A stretch of 64,000 bases of DNA from Daphnia carinata (Eukaryota). Where the stretch lies: the NCBI RefSeq assembly GCF_022539665.2, contig NC_081331.1:5766001-5830000 (forward strand), written 5' to 3'. The position numbers were made by a program, and so were the translations under genes. This document shows positions 1-14,085 of this stretch, piece after piece (position 1 is the first letter of the stretch; each line of letters opens with the position of its first letter). Under the pieces are notes generated by a model, which saw nothing but the letters and a program-made list of their open reading frames with translations, did no database searches and was not told where the DNA came from.

Positions 1-729
1 CCCCCCCCTGCAGATCAATCAGAGAGAGATGGAAAAAAGAGTCGGGGCTGGAAGGATAATGGGAGAAGGAGGAGGGTTAGATGTTGTTGTTATTGTTATT
101 GCATTCCACACAAGGGTCTGGCGGGCTTCCCTCACGTAGCACACACAAGAGTCCCCCTCTCTTTGCGTGGTGGCCTTGGGAAGGCAAATAATAATAATAA
201 GGAGAAGAAGTAGCAGCAGCAGCAAGAACAGCAGGAGGGCTACCTCTCCTTTTACAAAGGCATCCAGCCAGCGGGGATATGTGAGAGGAGAGGGAGAAAT
301 CGTCTTTTCATCCCCCTCGGCTCCCCTTTTCTTTCTTCGTATTTCCAACATTTTCTACCTGAAAAAAAAAGGGTGAAGTCGTTAACGGGCTGCCTCGCGT
401 GCTGCATACTAATGATATACAGGAGGAGGAATGGGTGGGTCCAGCCTATCCAAGATGGAGAAAAGAATTTTTCTCCTCTTTGAGAAAATAACCCTTCGGC
501 TTTTTTTTTCTTGTCGGATTTCAGTTGGCTGGACCAAAAAAAAAAAGCGGACATATTATTATCATCAGGATTTAAGGGAATTTTTCGATGAACGAGGGGA
601 GAAGTAGAAAGGGGGGGGGATAAATATGGGTGCAGGTGTGCAACTCTCTCCTGCGCCTACTAAACATATTAATTCCCCCTTTTTTTTTTTAAATTATTTA
701 TTTGACATTTTTTTTTTCTTTTGTTACAG

Positions 730-3700
730 AGGAAAAAGTTTGAAATCCGAGCTGTTGGGTGTCCCGAGAGCCGCAAGTTCACTTACTACACGAGTAGCGA
801 CGACAAGTCGAAACACTTGCTCTACCTGTGCAGAGTGACGCATCAGTTCAGCATGGCCATGCAGCCCAAATTGGCCGAACTTCGGAAACTCGAAGAAGAA
901 GGTAAATCATCAATAAAAAAACAAAACAAAAAAACAAGATGATGATGTAACATGACCATTTTTGGGATTTTTGAATTAGCCAATCGGCATTACCAAGAAT
1001 CCATGGGCGAAGGGACGGCCGTTGAACTAGGCGGATGGTGTGATGGAGGGAGTAGTCTGGAGAGACCAGACAGGCTGAGCTTACGTGGCTACGGCTCTTT
1101 GTCCAAAGGCCGTGGCGGAGGCAGCCAAGCTCACGGCGATCAGCGCATCTCCGTCATCAGCAGCACGTCATCCAATACCACGTCGGGCATCGTGTCAGAC
1201 AAGGTCCAGAGCGTCGATGAAAGCGAAGACGAACTGGACTTGGACGAACGAGCTCGACCCTCGCCCGCTGCAGCCCCGTCGCTCGAATCTCTGGCCTTGG
1301 CCCACCTTCGCGATTCGTGCGACTCCTTACCTGCCGAATTGGAACGTCGCAACGAGTCCGAATCGGCCATGCAACTGAGACCTGCAGCTCAAAATTTAAC
1401 GTCCGGCCAGCAAAGTGGAAGTAGCAACAGCAGCACGACCTTACCACGACGCTTAGCTGGATTAGGCGCCCGTTTAGCCCGAGTCGGACGATCGAGCAAC
1501 AAGACGACAACATCGACGGCTGCGACATCCAGCGCCACCACTACGCTGCGGACGTCCAGCGAAATGTCTCGAACAGGAAGCCTGCACAGCTCCTCGTCCC
1601 AGCACAGCGCATCCACCATCCACTCGAGATCGCGTTCCAAACCTCGCGTTTCCTCGTCAACGACGAACGGCTGGCCTGGATGCGATCTGAATCCATCTTC
1701 CGACAGGGTGGCAAACGATAGTCCGGCGTCTTCTTGGCTGAGGTTGAACAGCGTCGACGTAACGGACGGCATCGCTTCGATGCGGCTCCAAGCGTCCGCC
1801 GAAGAGAATCAAAGACGTTCGGATATGGTTGGATCCAGCAATAATAGCGGAGCGACGGGCGATCAAGCCCAAAATTCCGGCATGGAGGAGGAAAACCAGT
1901 ATTGGTATTCTTGCGACGATGACGTCAGTGAAACGGGTTCGACCAACGGCGAGAAATGCCCAGCCGGCGTCCTCTGCACCGACTGTCGAATGGGAATCGT
2001 CTGCTGTAGTGGCTCCCAATCTCAACAACACCACCGCCACCGGCACGAGGATCTTCCCGATCATCATCACCACCACCATCCGCATCATCATCATCACCTA
2101 CACCACGCCAAAGGCCCTTCGGAGAGCAGCAGCCTCTGCGTCAGTGTTGATCACACGGCGCAGGACTCGACGCTCTCCGACTGCCAGAGCTATTTCCACA
2201 GTCACGTCAGCAGCGTCGATTCGTCGCTGGGTTCGGCTCCACCCCATCCGCTCATTCCTCCTCCCGAAATGGCCAACACTCCATTAGCCGCTACCGTTTC
2301 GGCATTGAGCAACGGCGGATCGTTGCGATCGTTACGTAGCGCTAAAGTGAGCGTGGCTTCCACGTCGGACGATTGCGGTCCAGCTGTGGATTATTCCGTT
2401 CAAAGTGGTCCAGCGGGTGATACGTCATCGTCTGCTTCCACGTCGTCGGCAGCCGCCGCAGCTGCCATGTGCGCCAGCCCCAAACTGGACTTTACCGTCA
2501 CCAGCGCCGTGCCCAACACTGGAACTTATCCCCGACGCAGTACCGTCAGCAACACCCTGGATTCGGACAGTGATTACGTCACTCTGCCGCCGCTTTGCCC
2601 GCGGATGCAGGATAATAACGCAGTCATGGGTGCGAGCAGTTACGTCTTCATGGAACCCATGCAGCCCAAAAATGGCGGCCAGGTCACAGTGGCCTGCGTC
2701 AATCAGCTGTCCCTGCGACATGCCATCAGTTGTAAAATGGTGGACGATGCGGCCTCGACGACCTACTCGGCCAGCTCTTGTTCCAGTTCTCAATTAATGG
2801 GTTTGACCAGGCCCGTCTCGGCTGCGGCTTCTGCGGCCGCAGCGGCCGAAGCCGCTGCCCGTTTCATTACCACCCGGCCTACAATCAGCATCCTCCAAGC
2901 GCACGCCGCTTCGGCCGCTCCGGCAACTCCTCCGAGTTTCGCCACTCCGGCTCAACATCTCATCCCTCCACCACCTTACGATATCCGGCAGCATCCTCTG
3001 TACAACCAACAGCAGCAGCAACAACAACAGCAACAGAGTTACCATCCAGCTCAAATCCAGGCGCAGTTCCAATCGATGGATCCTTCGTCTTCATCGGCAG
3101 GATTGACGTGCTGTCAGTACGTTCCTCCACCGGCCGGCTATTCGTCGTGTCAGCAGACGGACGCTTTCGAACCACCTCCACCTCCTCCGCCTTACCCGAT
3201 TCATCTACAGGGTCAAGTGCAAGCTCCTTTGACGACGGCCAATTTGGGCCTCCATTTGAGCCAGCAGTCCGTCTCTTCTCTGGTCTCGAAGCACAGTTTG
3301 AATAGCATGGCCAGCAGCGCCAGATCACTGGAAGCAGTTTCGGACTCGCACCGGATAGCACCGCAGTCCAACAGCCACGCAGTCTACGCCGAAGATGTTG
3401 CCAGTCTCAACGATACCAAGACGAACGGAAGCAGTAGCTTGTACGGAGTCATAACGACAGACGCAGATGTGGCAGCTGCAGTAGCTTCCAACAACGGCGG
3501 ACAGGTGGCACCAGTGATTGGTAAAAACAATTACCTGGACCTCCACGCTACCAATACGCTGTCCAGACGGCCTCAGCATCCCATTCCAACTAACGCTCAG
3601 CAACAACAAACTGCGACGACTCAAACTGTCCAGCAAGTGAATGGAACTGTGGCCGGAGGAGCTTCGGTACCGTACGAGCAATACCACCTAGGCATTCCGC

Positions 3701-5670
3701 CCCCTCCGCAATATCCGGGCAATGGCGGTGGTGGCAGTGGTGTCAACAGTAGCAAGCCGAGTTTTGCTACGGTGTACACGAACCAGGTGACGCAGAGCCA
3801 GATCGAGCAGTTCAAGGCACAACTCTATTCGGATGTCGACTACGTCATTTATCCGCACAAGGATCCATCTCTTAGCCAACAAGAGTACCTGGACACGAAA
3901 GAAGCCGCTTCTTTCATCTCCTCGGCCGCTAGCAGCACCTACAGCGACCAAGGCCAGCTGATGTTGATGGGCGACGGAGCTTACCTGCCTCCGCCGCCTC
4001 CCTATCGCGCTCCTTCCACCAAATCCGGCACCTCCTCCGTGTATCGTTCGTCTCCTTCACCCAATGTCCACCTTCCACCGGTGTCCAGCACGGGCGGGAT
4101 AGTATTGAGCGGAACGACTCCGGCCAGCCACCCGCCTCTCCAGCATTTGGGATATGGGTACAATTCTCATCACCCAGGAGGAGCTGGAGCCAGACCGGCT
4201 TCCATCCATTATGCGTCCAATCAGAGTCTGTCGAGTGGGAACTATTCCAGTTCGTATTCGACGTCCAACTACTCGTCCAACTATTCGGCCCAAGTCCCGA
4301 TGGCTTATGTTCCTTACCCGAGCAAGTACTTGTCATGCCAGTCGCTGGCCAGCAGCCACTCATCTAACCCTAGCGCTGCGTACTCGGCTAGCGGCTGCTA
4401 CTCGGCCTCATCTTCGCACAGTCTGACGGGCAGTTACGAGCCGATTGGAGCGGCTATCCAGCACGCCGGAGCGGCTCTCAGATGCAAACCGATGGCTCCG
4501 CCACCTGTCCTCTCTCGGGTCCATTCAGAGGAGAACATTCTGACTTACGATCTCCCCGAAGTGACAACTCTCAGCTCGGCGATTGCCCGTCACCAGGAAG
4601 CCAGAGGCCTGTTGCCACCTCCTCCACCCTATCGCAAGCAAAGTCTCGACACACCTTCAACTCCGGGATCGACGTGTTCGTCCAGCGCTCCGTCTATAGC
4701 TCCTGAAGGATCGAGTAGCGCATCGGATGGGGGACGATTGCCTGGACAAAAGACTCCGCTGGACATTAAGACGTTGAGAGAGAAGAGCCGCAATTTGGAT
4801 CTGCCTTTGATTTCCGCATTATGCAACGATACGACGCTCTTGAATCAGGCCAAACGGAAACCGAGTTTGGGACAACAACAGATCCAGCAGCAACAACAAC
4901 AACTGCAGCAACAACAACAACAACAACAACAACAGACTCAACAATTGCAACAGCATCAACAACAGTCCGTTTCTAATATTCAGAGTATGCCTCTACCTCC
5001 GACACCGATCGAAGCTGCCCAGGGTAAAACGACGGGCCAACCGCCTCCCAAACCGGGCGGACAGGTGAACGGACAGCATGCCTACGTGATGCCTCGTCAT
5101 CCTGCATCGTTGTCCATGAGTCAGGCGGAATCTTCCACTTGTCGAAGGCCGGCACTTACCACCCCCCGGCGCAATCCGGTCACTGCGGTCCAGCAAGCGT
5201 CTCAGTCCCGACCGACCTCGTGGCATATCGACGGTAACAACTGGAACGCCGGACAAGGTGATCCTGCCCTCAACGGAGAAAAGAGCAGCGCTCCTCCACC
5301 ACCACTCCCTCCCCCGAATTCCAATAGTGCCATCGAGGCAAAGTTGCAACAGTTGCAGAAGGCAGCGGTGGCCATCGCTACCGGCCCGGGTTCCATCATC
5401 GCCGAAGATGGCAAAATCGCTAAAGCTTTGAATCTTCCAGCTTTCGCCAAGTCAGTCAAGAACTCTTATGTCGTCTCGCCCAGTCGGAAGCATCCAGTTT
5501 CCGGACTGTATGCCGTTACGGAGTTGGGCAAACCGCCGTCTGGTTCCCGCAAAATAACCCCAACTGCATTTTCACATCCGCATAATAACGCGGGTTCCAA
5601 AGTGACGCAACACACGCCCAATCCATCATCGTTGTCCAATGGCAAAACATCGTTCAGTGTTGTCCCTTAA
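730..5670 (+). CDS. ex: Expanded/FRMD6-like FERM protein, 3' part (exons ~730-901 and 980-5670; upstream exons lie outside the window)
   Basis: Exon 730-901 encodes KKFEIR...RKFTYYT...KHLLYLCRVTHQFSMAMQPKL, resembling the FERM-C lobe of FRMD6/Expanded. Intron 902-979 is GT..AG and joins in frame (G+CC). The long terminal exon has several PPxY motifs and the C-terminal LREKSRNLDLPLISALCND block. Confidence 0.85.
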
Positions 5671-8145
5671 ATATTTTGTTCAAACTGTGCCATGAGGTTC
5701 GGCAACGCTCGTTTGCCTCAGTGTAAAAAAAAGAAAAGAACCCATTTTTTTGAAATTCCGCTCAAATCCTTTTGTTTATGCAGTCAGTGGTTTCCGTGAC
5801 TCACCGAAGAAAATTGTAAAATCCGGTCCCAGACTTTCTCCCCTTCCCGCTATTCATTTTTAAATGCCATTGAGTTCTTTTATTAAGTCTGGAAAAAAAA
5901 AAAAAATGAAAACAAAAAAATATTAAAAGACAAAAGATGAATTGGAAAAAGATCTAAAAGTGGTGACAAAGTATACAGCCATGTTCTCAGGGTTCTCCTC
6001 CTTTCAAAGTGTTTTTTTTTGTTCGTGACAAACGTCCGCTAAAAGAAAAAAAGGACAAATGAAAAATCAGAAAAATCGAAATTTTTTTTTTTTCTCCATC
6101 AAAATTTTTTGTTTTTGTTAAATGAATAAGCAACGAGAACAAGTGTTTTTAATTCCTCGAGCTGCTGCTGACCATTTGTAAATAGCTGGTGTTGATATAA
6201 AGAAGCCGACTTATCGATTTGAAATGTCCCCATGTCCCATCCACCTTTCTTTGCTCAAGATGAGCGAATTTGTTTTTCTCGCAAAATTTGCACTTTGTCG
6301 GATGAAAATGTTTTGCAAACGTGACCAATAGTGCGTGAGAGCCTCGGCGTTCATTGGGGGACCAGGTCCAGTGCTCTTATTTCTCTACAAGTGAAAAGAA
6401 ACAATCATTTTTCTGTCAATGTTGTTTACATAATTATATATATATATTTTCATGCGTCTTTGTGCCGATCAGTATAAATTTGACACATTTTGTATTATGG
6501 GATTTCGATGTGGATATAGGCAAAAATCTCCTATTCTTGTAGCATAATCACCCACCCCCGTGTTTTTTTGGACAAGTTTGGATGAAAACGTTTCATTTCT
6601 TTGTGTGTCTTATTCTTGTCTTTATATATAAAATGGCGTTCATTTTGTATCCCCCCCCCAGCCCCCTAAATTTTTTTTTTTCATTATTCATTTTCATTTT
6701 GTGACCATTTGATTTCTAATGTTTCTTCGGTGACATATTTGTATATTTATCCTGTGGAAAGTTTAGGATTCTAAACTTTTATTTCTGTGCTGTAAAATAA
6801 AACTTAATCAAATATGATTAGTGCTATTTATTATTAGCCAACCGCTTGTGCCAAACTTTTGCATGCTTTCGTAATGAGAAATGGACCCCACGCTTGAATT
6901 CCCGGATTCTCACGCGTGAGTCATTATTGCACAATGCACTTTAATATCGTAGCTGTACGCTAGGTGGCAGCAGCGTTACGCATACATTCACGTTTTTATT
7001 ATATATACTTCCAGCTGTGCATTAGCTCTCAGGTGGTAGTGCTGCTAGTAACAGCGTTCTCGTGCGTGAGGGAATCAGTGTTTGTTGAGTTCAATGGTCT
7101 GAAACGTCTCAAAAGAAACATCATCTTGTAAATTATTGCGTGAAAACCATCGATTTTACCTGACAGCAACGCCATTACAGGTTGGACATATATTTTATTT
7201 CCGGTCATGCGATTCGTCGCTCTCGTTGACGCAGTGTTAAAAAAACAAAACAAAAAGTCGGCGCGCCCGAGTCCTTATTTGGATGTGCAGCTGCGGAATC
7301 CACTATATATTGGACGGGGAACGTTTGGGCGTTGCTCAGAAAATTCTTTTCTCTCTGTTTTCCCTCCGCCTCCCTTAACGATTTGCTCGACGGTCGAAAG
7401 CCTCCAAAGCTATTCACGCCCTTAGTTGTCAGCCCTTATTCCTCTCGCCATGATTCATTGTCTATTCCGAGAGGGTAGGATGTTTATCTTGTACAGTCCT
7501 CGAACAAAAAAAAAAAAGAAATACGTTGAACACGGGCAAGAAGTGAAAATTTTCAGGTGAATATTTTCAGACCTTAAGTACTTGAAGGTTCATGCACTGC
7601 CGGATGTTAGACCTTTATCAGGAAACCAGATGTATTTCATTTGTGTTTTAACTCCCTCCCCTCGTCTCTTTGGGACTTCCAAATTTGTTGCAGAAGAGTT
7701 GGCTGCCGCTTTTATTTTGACTTGAAGTCCCCTAGACCTTTGCTGTGTGTTCTGCTGGTTTAGGGTTACACGCTGGTCGCTCACACCCTCATCTGTTATT
7801 TTTCTGTCGCCCTTTAGGTTGACCCTTTTGTCTTTCAGTTTTCTAAGTGTTTCCAGCAAAAAATAGAACATTGAATTTATCTGGCTAACAAATAAGCTGA
7901 GGTGTTTTCTTTCAGGTAATCTTGCTAATTCGCTCTAGAAATCATGCCAAGCAGCGCTTATGTGTTTTCAAGCTATTTTTAGGTATGACTTTTCAAGAAC
8001 TTCCTGTCTGTAGGTTTTTATTTTTACGTCAGCGTTTCCTTAAGTGCGTTTTCGAGTCTTGAAAAAGAAAATGGCGCCTTTGGATCGAAAATATCTACTT
8101 TGACAGACTTTGTTAACCCTTTCCTATGGTTTAATTCATGCAGGA

Positions 8146-11100
8146 ATGAGGTTGAGACTTGGCAGTTGGTGCCTACTTCCCCTAGTGGCTGGGCTGGTGC
8201 TTGCCCTCAATTATGCTGCTGCACAACAGTTTCGGGGAATAAGTGCAGACCCCAACCCTTGTGTTTCCAAACTCAATTGCAGTGAATGTATTCGTACACC
8301 TACCTGTGCCTGGTGTGCCCAGCCTGTAACCAATATAGAATCTCAAAGATTGACGGGGAGCTTATCAACTTTTTCTGCTTATAGGACTTTGGTACTGCTG
8401 ATGGTGGCAGATTACCAAGATGTAATCAACAAAATAAATACATAGACGGCCCACTCTCTGGTCAGTGCAGACTGGAAGACATCATCAACCCTGATTCAGA
8501 ATTCAGGGCAATTTTAGATTTGGCATTGTCCAAAGCCAAATCTGGAATTGATTTGGAGGGCACAGAAGGCAGAGATGCTGTCCAAATCAAACCTCAGCGA
8601 GTATCACTTAAATTGAGAATCAGTAAGTCACATTGGCAGATCCACAAATGACTGTTATTCATAAATTCTTTCCTTCCATTGCATAAACAGATGAGGCATA
8701 TGATATGCATATGCAATATGCTCAAGCAGAGGACTACCCTGTAGATTTATACTACCTGATGGATCTGTCGAAATCTATGGAAGACGACAAGGACAAGCTG
8801 TCGGAATTAGGCAACCTTCTTGCCGAAAGAATGCAGAGCATTACATCAAATTTCAGACTGGGTTTCGGATCATTTGTTGACAAAGTTGTTATGCCTTACG
8901 TCAGCACCGTTCCTGCCAAGTAAGTAGCCGCCCTGCCATTCTCTTTGTATTATTGGTAAATTGAAATTGTTGCACACAAATTAGTTCAGCTAAGAGTGAA
9001 CTTAGATTTTATGAAACAAATATTCAAAGCTCCTCTCGGGTGGCCATATTCACACTATTAGGTTAGTAGAGCCGTGTGATGGCTGCAAAGCGCCTTATGG
9101 TTTCAAGAACCATATGCCTCTGAGTCTGAACTCCACCATGTTTTCAGTAAGTTGGTCACGATTTTTAGATTCCCAGATATTGTTACACTTGACAGATCTG
9201 TGATGCAACTATCTATGGTGCACTCTGGGTTCCCTCGTAGTTGTGTGAGGGATAAGAGGGTGTCATGCAAGTCTATTTTTTCTTTTCGTTAGTTCTTAGT
9301 TGTTGATGGTTATACCTCTTTCTCCTACCTAATCTCAGTTGTTTTTCCCAATTTCTCTTTCTCTACATTACCCTGTATCCCCACCACACTCCAAATCTAT
9401 AGTTTATTGGCGCCGTGCGAAGGATGTGCCGCACCTTACGGGTTCATCAATGCGATGCCACTCAGCACAGATACTTTTCGGTTTGAGGCAAGGATCCGGA
9501 CAGAAATTTCCCCTATAGAAAGCTTATCCTTTCAAGAGAGGAAACAAAAAGCGAACAGTTTATACTACATTTTGCCATTAGTTTTTGAGCGTGCCTATTT
9601 TTTTCTTTTTTTTTTTGAACTGACACCTAGATTTAGAAATTCTATAGCCCTTTTTTTAAAAAAATATTATGCTTGCAAGCTTAGCGCCCTAGCTTTTGTT
9701 CCAGTGTGCTATTTTGCAGTCTTTTGGATTTTCGCAAATCGACAGGGCGTGTTGACAGTACGGACAGTGGTCATTTTCGATTTGATCCCAATGTTCAAAC
9801 ATCTTTACGCAAAAAAAAAAATTCAACCTTTTGCTGGTTAGCCTACAAGCTTACAAAATTTATTTTAACGCGCGCGACGTTACAACATAGACAACAGCCT
9901 ACGTACGACCCAACTCCAATGCCAGAAAAACAAACACTAATTCCCGCTATTTTTCTCCTTTTTTTTTTCTTCTTTCCTTTTTTCTCTTTCGCATGCCTAA
10001 GCTCTTTTTTTTTAACCCTTTTCTTTCATATGTTTTTGGAATAGCTAGTTTGCTATTTGATTTCTACGCTTTATTAACACTTCTACATGTCTGCTAGTTT
10101 CTCTTTCGGTTTGTAGCATTGAATAATATTCGTCGCTGATTCCGGTCCATCTTATAACCGTTTCCCCATTTATCACGCCACAGAGCCAAGTGAGGAAAGC
10201 TGCCGTATCTGGTAATTTGGATGCTCCAGAAGGTGGCTTTGATGCCATTATGCAAGCAATTGTTTGCAAGGAACGCATTGGATGGAGAGACCGCGCTCGT
10301 CGTCTTTTGGTCTTCTCCACTGACGCAAGTTTCCATTATGCAGGCGATGGCAAAGTATTTTACAACGCATTTCATTGATCGTTTTGATTACATTTTAATG
10401 TACTTGTTTCCATCAGCTTGGAGGAATTGTGAAACCTAACGACGGACTTTGTCATTTGAACAATGATGGCGGTTATACTCACTCGACGACGCAAGATTAC
10501 CCTTCAGTCTCGCAAATCAATCAAAAAGTTAAAGAAAGCTCAGTCAACTTAATTTTCGCCGTCACAAAAGAACAGTACCACATTTACGAGCAGCTGAACA
10601 AACATGTTGAGGGAGCTAGCTGTGGTGTCCTTTCTAATGATTCATCCAATGTTGTCGAACTAGTACAAGAGCAGTACAACGTAAGTATTAACTTGTCTCT
10701 TTATTATGCTTCTAGCATTTCAACTTTTTGCAAGAGGCAATGTTTTTGCTCATAGAAAGTTAATCTCTTCGAAAATCTTTATCTAGATAAGCTTGAGCTA
10801 ACAAAAGGTGTTCGAAAGGCATTATTTGCATAAAAAATTTGTGTTGATTTTAGAAAATCACGTCTTCCATCGAGATGAAAGATAACGCCACTGGTGCAGT
10901 AAAAGTGACTTATTATTCTTCCTGTTTGGGTAACGGACCAATGGTACAGACCAACAAATGTGACGGTCTGAAAGTTGGTACTGTTGTCAATTTTACCGCT
11001 AGAATTGAGGTATGAAACCTGAAAACCTGTCTGATAATTTTGAATTTATTTTAAACATTGTTGGTTATAAAGTTATCGGGCTGTCCAGTTGATCCGAAAG

Positions 11101-12586
11101 AATGGCGCCAACTATTCCAAATCTATCCTGTTGGTATTAACGAATCGCTAGTTGTTGATCTTCAAATGCTATGCGATTGCGATTGCGAGCGACCCGGCAA
11201 CTCGGTGAGCTTCTTGCCCTTATCCTTTTTGATCTACTTAAATTACGAACTGTGATTTTGTAGGGATACATCAGTAATGCTGACCAGTGTAATGGTGGTG
11301 GAGATTTGAAATGCGGCATCTGCCACTGCGACGACTCTCACTCGGGTCGTTTCTGTGAGTGCGACTCTAACACGGCGGTTCTCGGAGATCACGAAGCTGC
11401 TTGTCGTTCTGACAACACGTCTGATATCTTGTGCAACGATAGAGGAACATGTGTATGTGGCGTATGCGAATGCCAGCCGCGCCCTAACCCAACTGAGGTA
11501 TCTTCTTTTCCAAAAAGCCCATTATACTGTGAATTGAATTCTGTTGCGTTATTTGCAGATTATCACGGGACAGTTTTGCGAATGTGATAACTTTTCGTGC
11601 GATTACTACAACGGATTGCCGTGCGCGGGATCGGATCACGGAACGTGCGAGTGTGGCAAATGTGTTTGCAAACCCGGCTGGAAGGGTTCCGATTGCTCTT
11701 GCAGAGACAGCATCGACACTTGTATTCCTCCTCGTAGGTTTCATAAACTTATATACCACAATTTGGATTTATTTCCATGAAGATATTCTCGTTCAATACA
11801 GGAGGAGGTGAAATTTGTTCTGGCAAAGGCGATTGCGTTTGCGGCGAGTGCCAATGTTTTGAAGAAGATGGCGGTCGTTATTCGGGAAAATACTGCGAGG
11901 AGTGCCCTGTAAGTCTTTGATCTACATCAATTCCAAAGCCATAATTAATTTCTCTTTATATTAATGTTATACTAGACTTGCCCGAGTAAATGTCCCGAAT
12001 ATACTCCGTGTATTCAATGTCAAGTTTTTGAATCTGGTAAACTAACCAAAGAAGAATGTGCAAACTGCTCTTTCACACCCGTTGAAGTGGATGTTGTTAA
12101 AGGTAACAAATGTTCTTTCGAAGTTTTCTATTCATATGTATGACTCTTAATCTTATCGATTAAATTTCAGAGGAGTTCCCATCAGACAGACAATGTTGGT
12201 TTTACGATGATGACGATTGCCGTGTAACTTTTGTTTATGGATATGATGACGAAGGAGAATTTGTCGTTCGAGTTCAGAAAACCAAAGAGTGTCCACCTGT
12301 TTTAAATATTCTTGGGATTATTCTTGGTGTCATTGGAGCCGTTGTAGCAATCGGCTTTGCCTTACTGCTACTCTGGAAGCTGTTCACAGTTATTCACGAC
12401 CGAAGAGAATTTGCCCGTTTTGAAAAGGAACGGCAGATGGCCAAATGGGATACGGTAAAATACGTTTTATTTTTACCTTTATCTAATTATTTTTCAATGA
12501 CCAATTTATTTTTTTAGGGAGAAAATCCTATTTATAAACAAGCTACATCAACTTTCAAAAATCCAACATATGGTGGCAAACAATAG
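8146..12586 (+). CDS. mys: Integrin beta subunit (betaPS/myospheroid type). Exons 8146-8325, 8385-8622, 8691-8919, [9062-9146 or 9403-9487], 10184-10354, 10417-10680, 10854-11009, 11073-11204, 11264-11497, 11559-11733, 11802-11908, 11976-12102, 12171-12454, 12518-12586
   Basis: Signal peptide, PSI cysteines (CSECI...CAWC), beta[40 protein letters not shown], Cys-rich EGF repeats, a TM segment, and a cytoplasmic [13 protein letters not shown]...NPIY...NPTY tail. Splice sites join in frame. Confidence 0.96.
9062..9146 (+). CDS. mys: Integrin beta mutually exclusive exon A ([28 protein letters not shown])
   Basis: 85 nt, TAG acceptor, GTAAGT donor; same length and phase as exon B. Confidence 0.9.
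9403..9487 (+). CDS. mys: Integrin beta mutually exclusive exon B ([28 protein letters not shown]), non-canonical GC donor
   Basis: 85 nt paralogue of exon A after a pyrimidine tract and TAG; ends GAG|GCAAGG. Confidence 0.82.
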
Positions 12587-13167
12587 AACGTGTTTCTCTA
12601 TTTTCCTCAGAATTTTAACTATATCGAGTGTTTCGTTCGTCTAAACATAACCACATTTCAAGTGGATCTTTTTTTAACTATCATGGACAAAAGTCGTAAC
12701 TACTGGATTCAATCATTTCCAAAAGCTTTGCATAACAAATGTACGTTGGTTGGGTTTGTAGTTTAATATCTCATGCGTGTTAAGTGCCAAAACTACAAAT
12801 CATCAAGCATTTTTAATTTTTAAATCACTTAAAAATCTCATCATGGATAGGGCAAGAGTTGTCAAACTCTTTCACGTTACTGTACAATTTCAACTATTAT
12901 CTGCCGCTAATCTCATGACTTATTCTAGACAAATATGCCTTTAGAACTTGCAAATTGTTCGTACCACGTTTTACTGTAGCAAGCCGTCCCTTTATTTCTG
13001 GCACGAAGCCTTACTCTTCACTTACAGCAATTTAACTCAATCCCATCGAACCCAAACAGAAATATTCGCACAAGCCTTGTAATTGGATCGCGAAATACAT
13101 AAATTGCCATCTCACATTATACAGTTGACACTAAACATTGCAGCGAAACTCCATTGTACCATGTTGC

Positions 13168-14085
13168 TTATTCTCCTAAGTACGTAGGCGTTCGTTTTTC
13201 CCGGAAGGCTTGTAAACCTTCCATGCGATCTCTGGTTGGGATGACTTGGGCATAGCAGGTTTCCTCAAATGCTAATCCAGTTGCAAGGTCCACTTCAGAC
13301 CCATAATTGATTGCCAATTTAGCCATACGTACAGCAATGGGTCCATTGCGCGAGATTTCTTCTGCCAATTCCAAGGCACGGTGGTAGGCTGCATCTCCGT
13401 CTTTGTTCTGGTCAACAACATGATTTACCAAACCAATTTCATGTGCACCTTTTCCATCGATGACACGACCAGTGAATATGAGCTCCTTAGCCAAAGGGAC
13501 ACCGATTAAACGAGGTAATCTCTGACTCCCACCAGCTCCAGGTAATATGGCAAGCTTTGCTTCAACTAATCCCATTTTTGCAGATGAGGCTGCAATTCGC
13601 AGGTCACAAGCTAGAGCAATCTCCAATCCACCACCCATTGCAGCTCCATCCAATGCAGCAATTACTGGAGCAGGTAAGGTAGACAATCCAGAAACCATTG
13701 CTCTCAGCTTACTTACAAAAGGACCAACATCTGACTGTGCCATTTTTGCTCGTTCTTTAAGATCAGCACCTGCACAGAAAATTCCTTGCACATTGCTGCG
13801 AACTATAACAGCTCTCACAGACTTATCATGTTTTAAAAATTCTAATGCTTCTGTAAATAAATGTAAAAAGCGGACACTGATGGCATTTTTGGCCTTTGGC
13901 CGATTTAGTGAAATAACTGCAACTCCAGATCTTTCTCCCTCACATCGGTCTAGTTGTACTTCGTCTTTCAATAAGTGACGACTTCCTTGGTCACTAGGAG
14001 AAACATGGCACAAACGACATTGGTTATTAAGCGTGAGATAAGAAACATAACCCTTTCCCTTGGAGACGTTAAGCCTTGAAAGCAT
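13168..14085 (-). CDS. AUH: Methylglutaconyl-CoA hydratase (AUH), crotonase family, intronless CDS
   Basis: 305 aa ORF with a transit-peptide-like N-terminus, [47 protein letters not shown] and [10 protein letters not shown]. Confidence 0.92.
   Translation of the reverse strand: MLSRLNVSKGKGYVSYLTLNNQCRLCHVSPSDQGSRHLLKDEVQLDRCEGERSGVAVISLNRPKAKNAISVRFLHLFTEALEFLKHDKSVRAVIVRSNVQGIFCAGADLKERAKMAQSDVGPFVSKLRAMVSGLSTLPAPVIAALDGAAMGGGLEIALACDLRIAASSAKMGLVEAKLAILPGAGGSQRLPRLIGVPLAKELIFTGRVIDGKGAHEIGLVNHVVDQNKDGDAAYHRALELAEEISRNGPIAVRMAKLAINYGSEVDLATGLAFEETCYAQVIPTRDRMEGLQAFREKRTPTYLGE

Noticed and set aside
1085..5459. Overlapping antisense and alternate-frame ORFs within expanded
   Set aside because: Shadows of a GC-rich coding exon.
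11498..11558. U12-type intron (GTATCTT donor)
   Set aside because: Does not match GTATCCTT and has no TCCTTAAC branch site.
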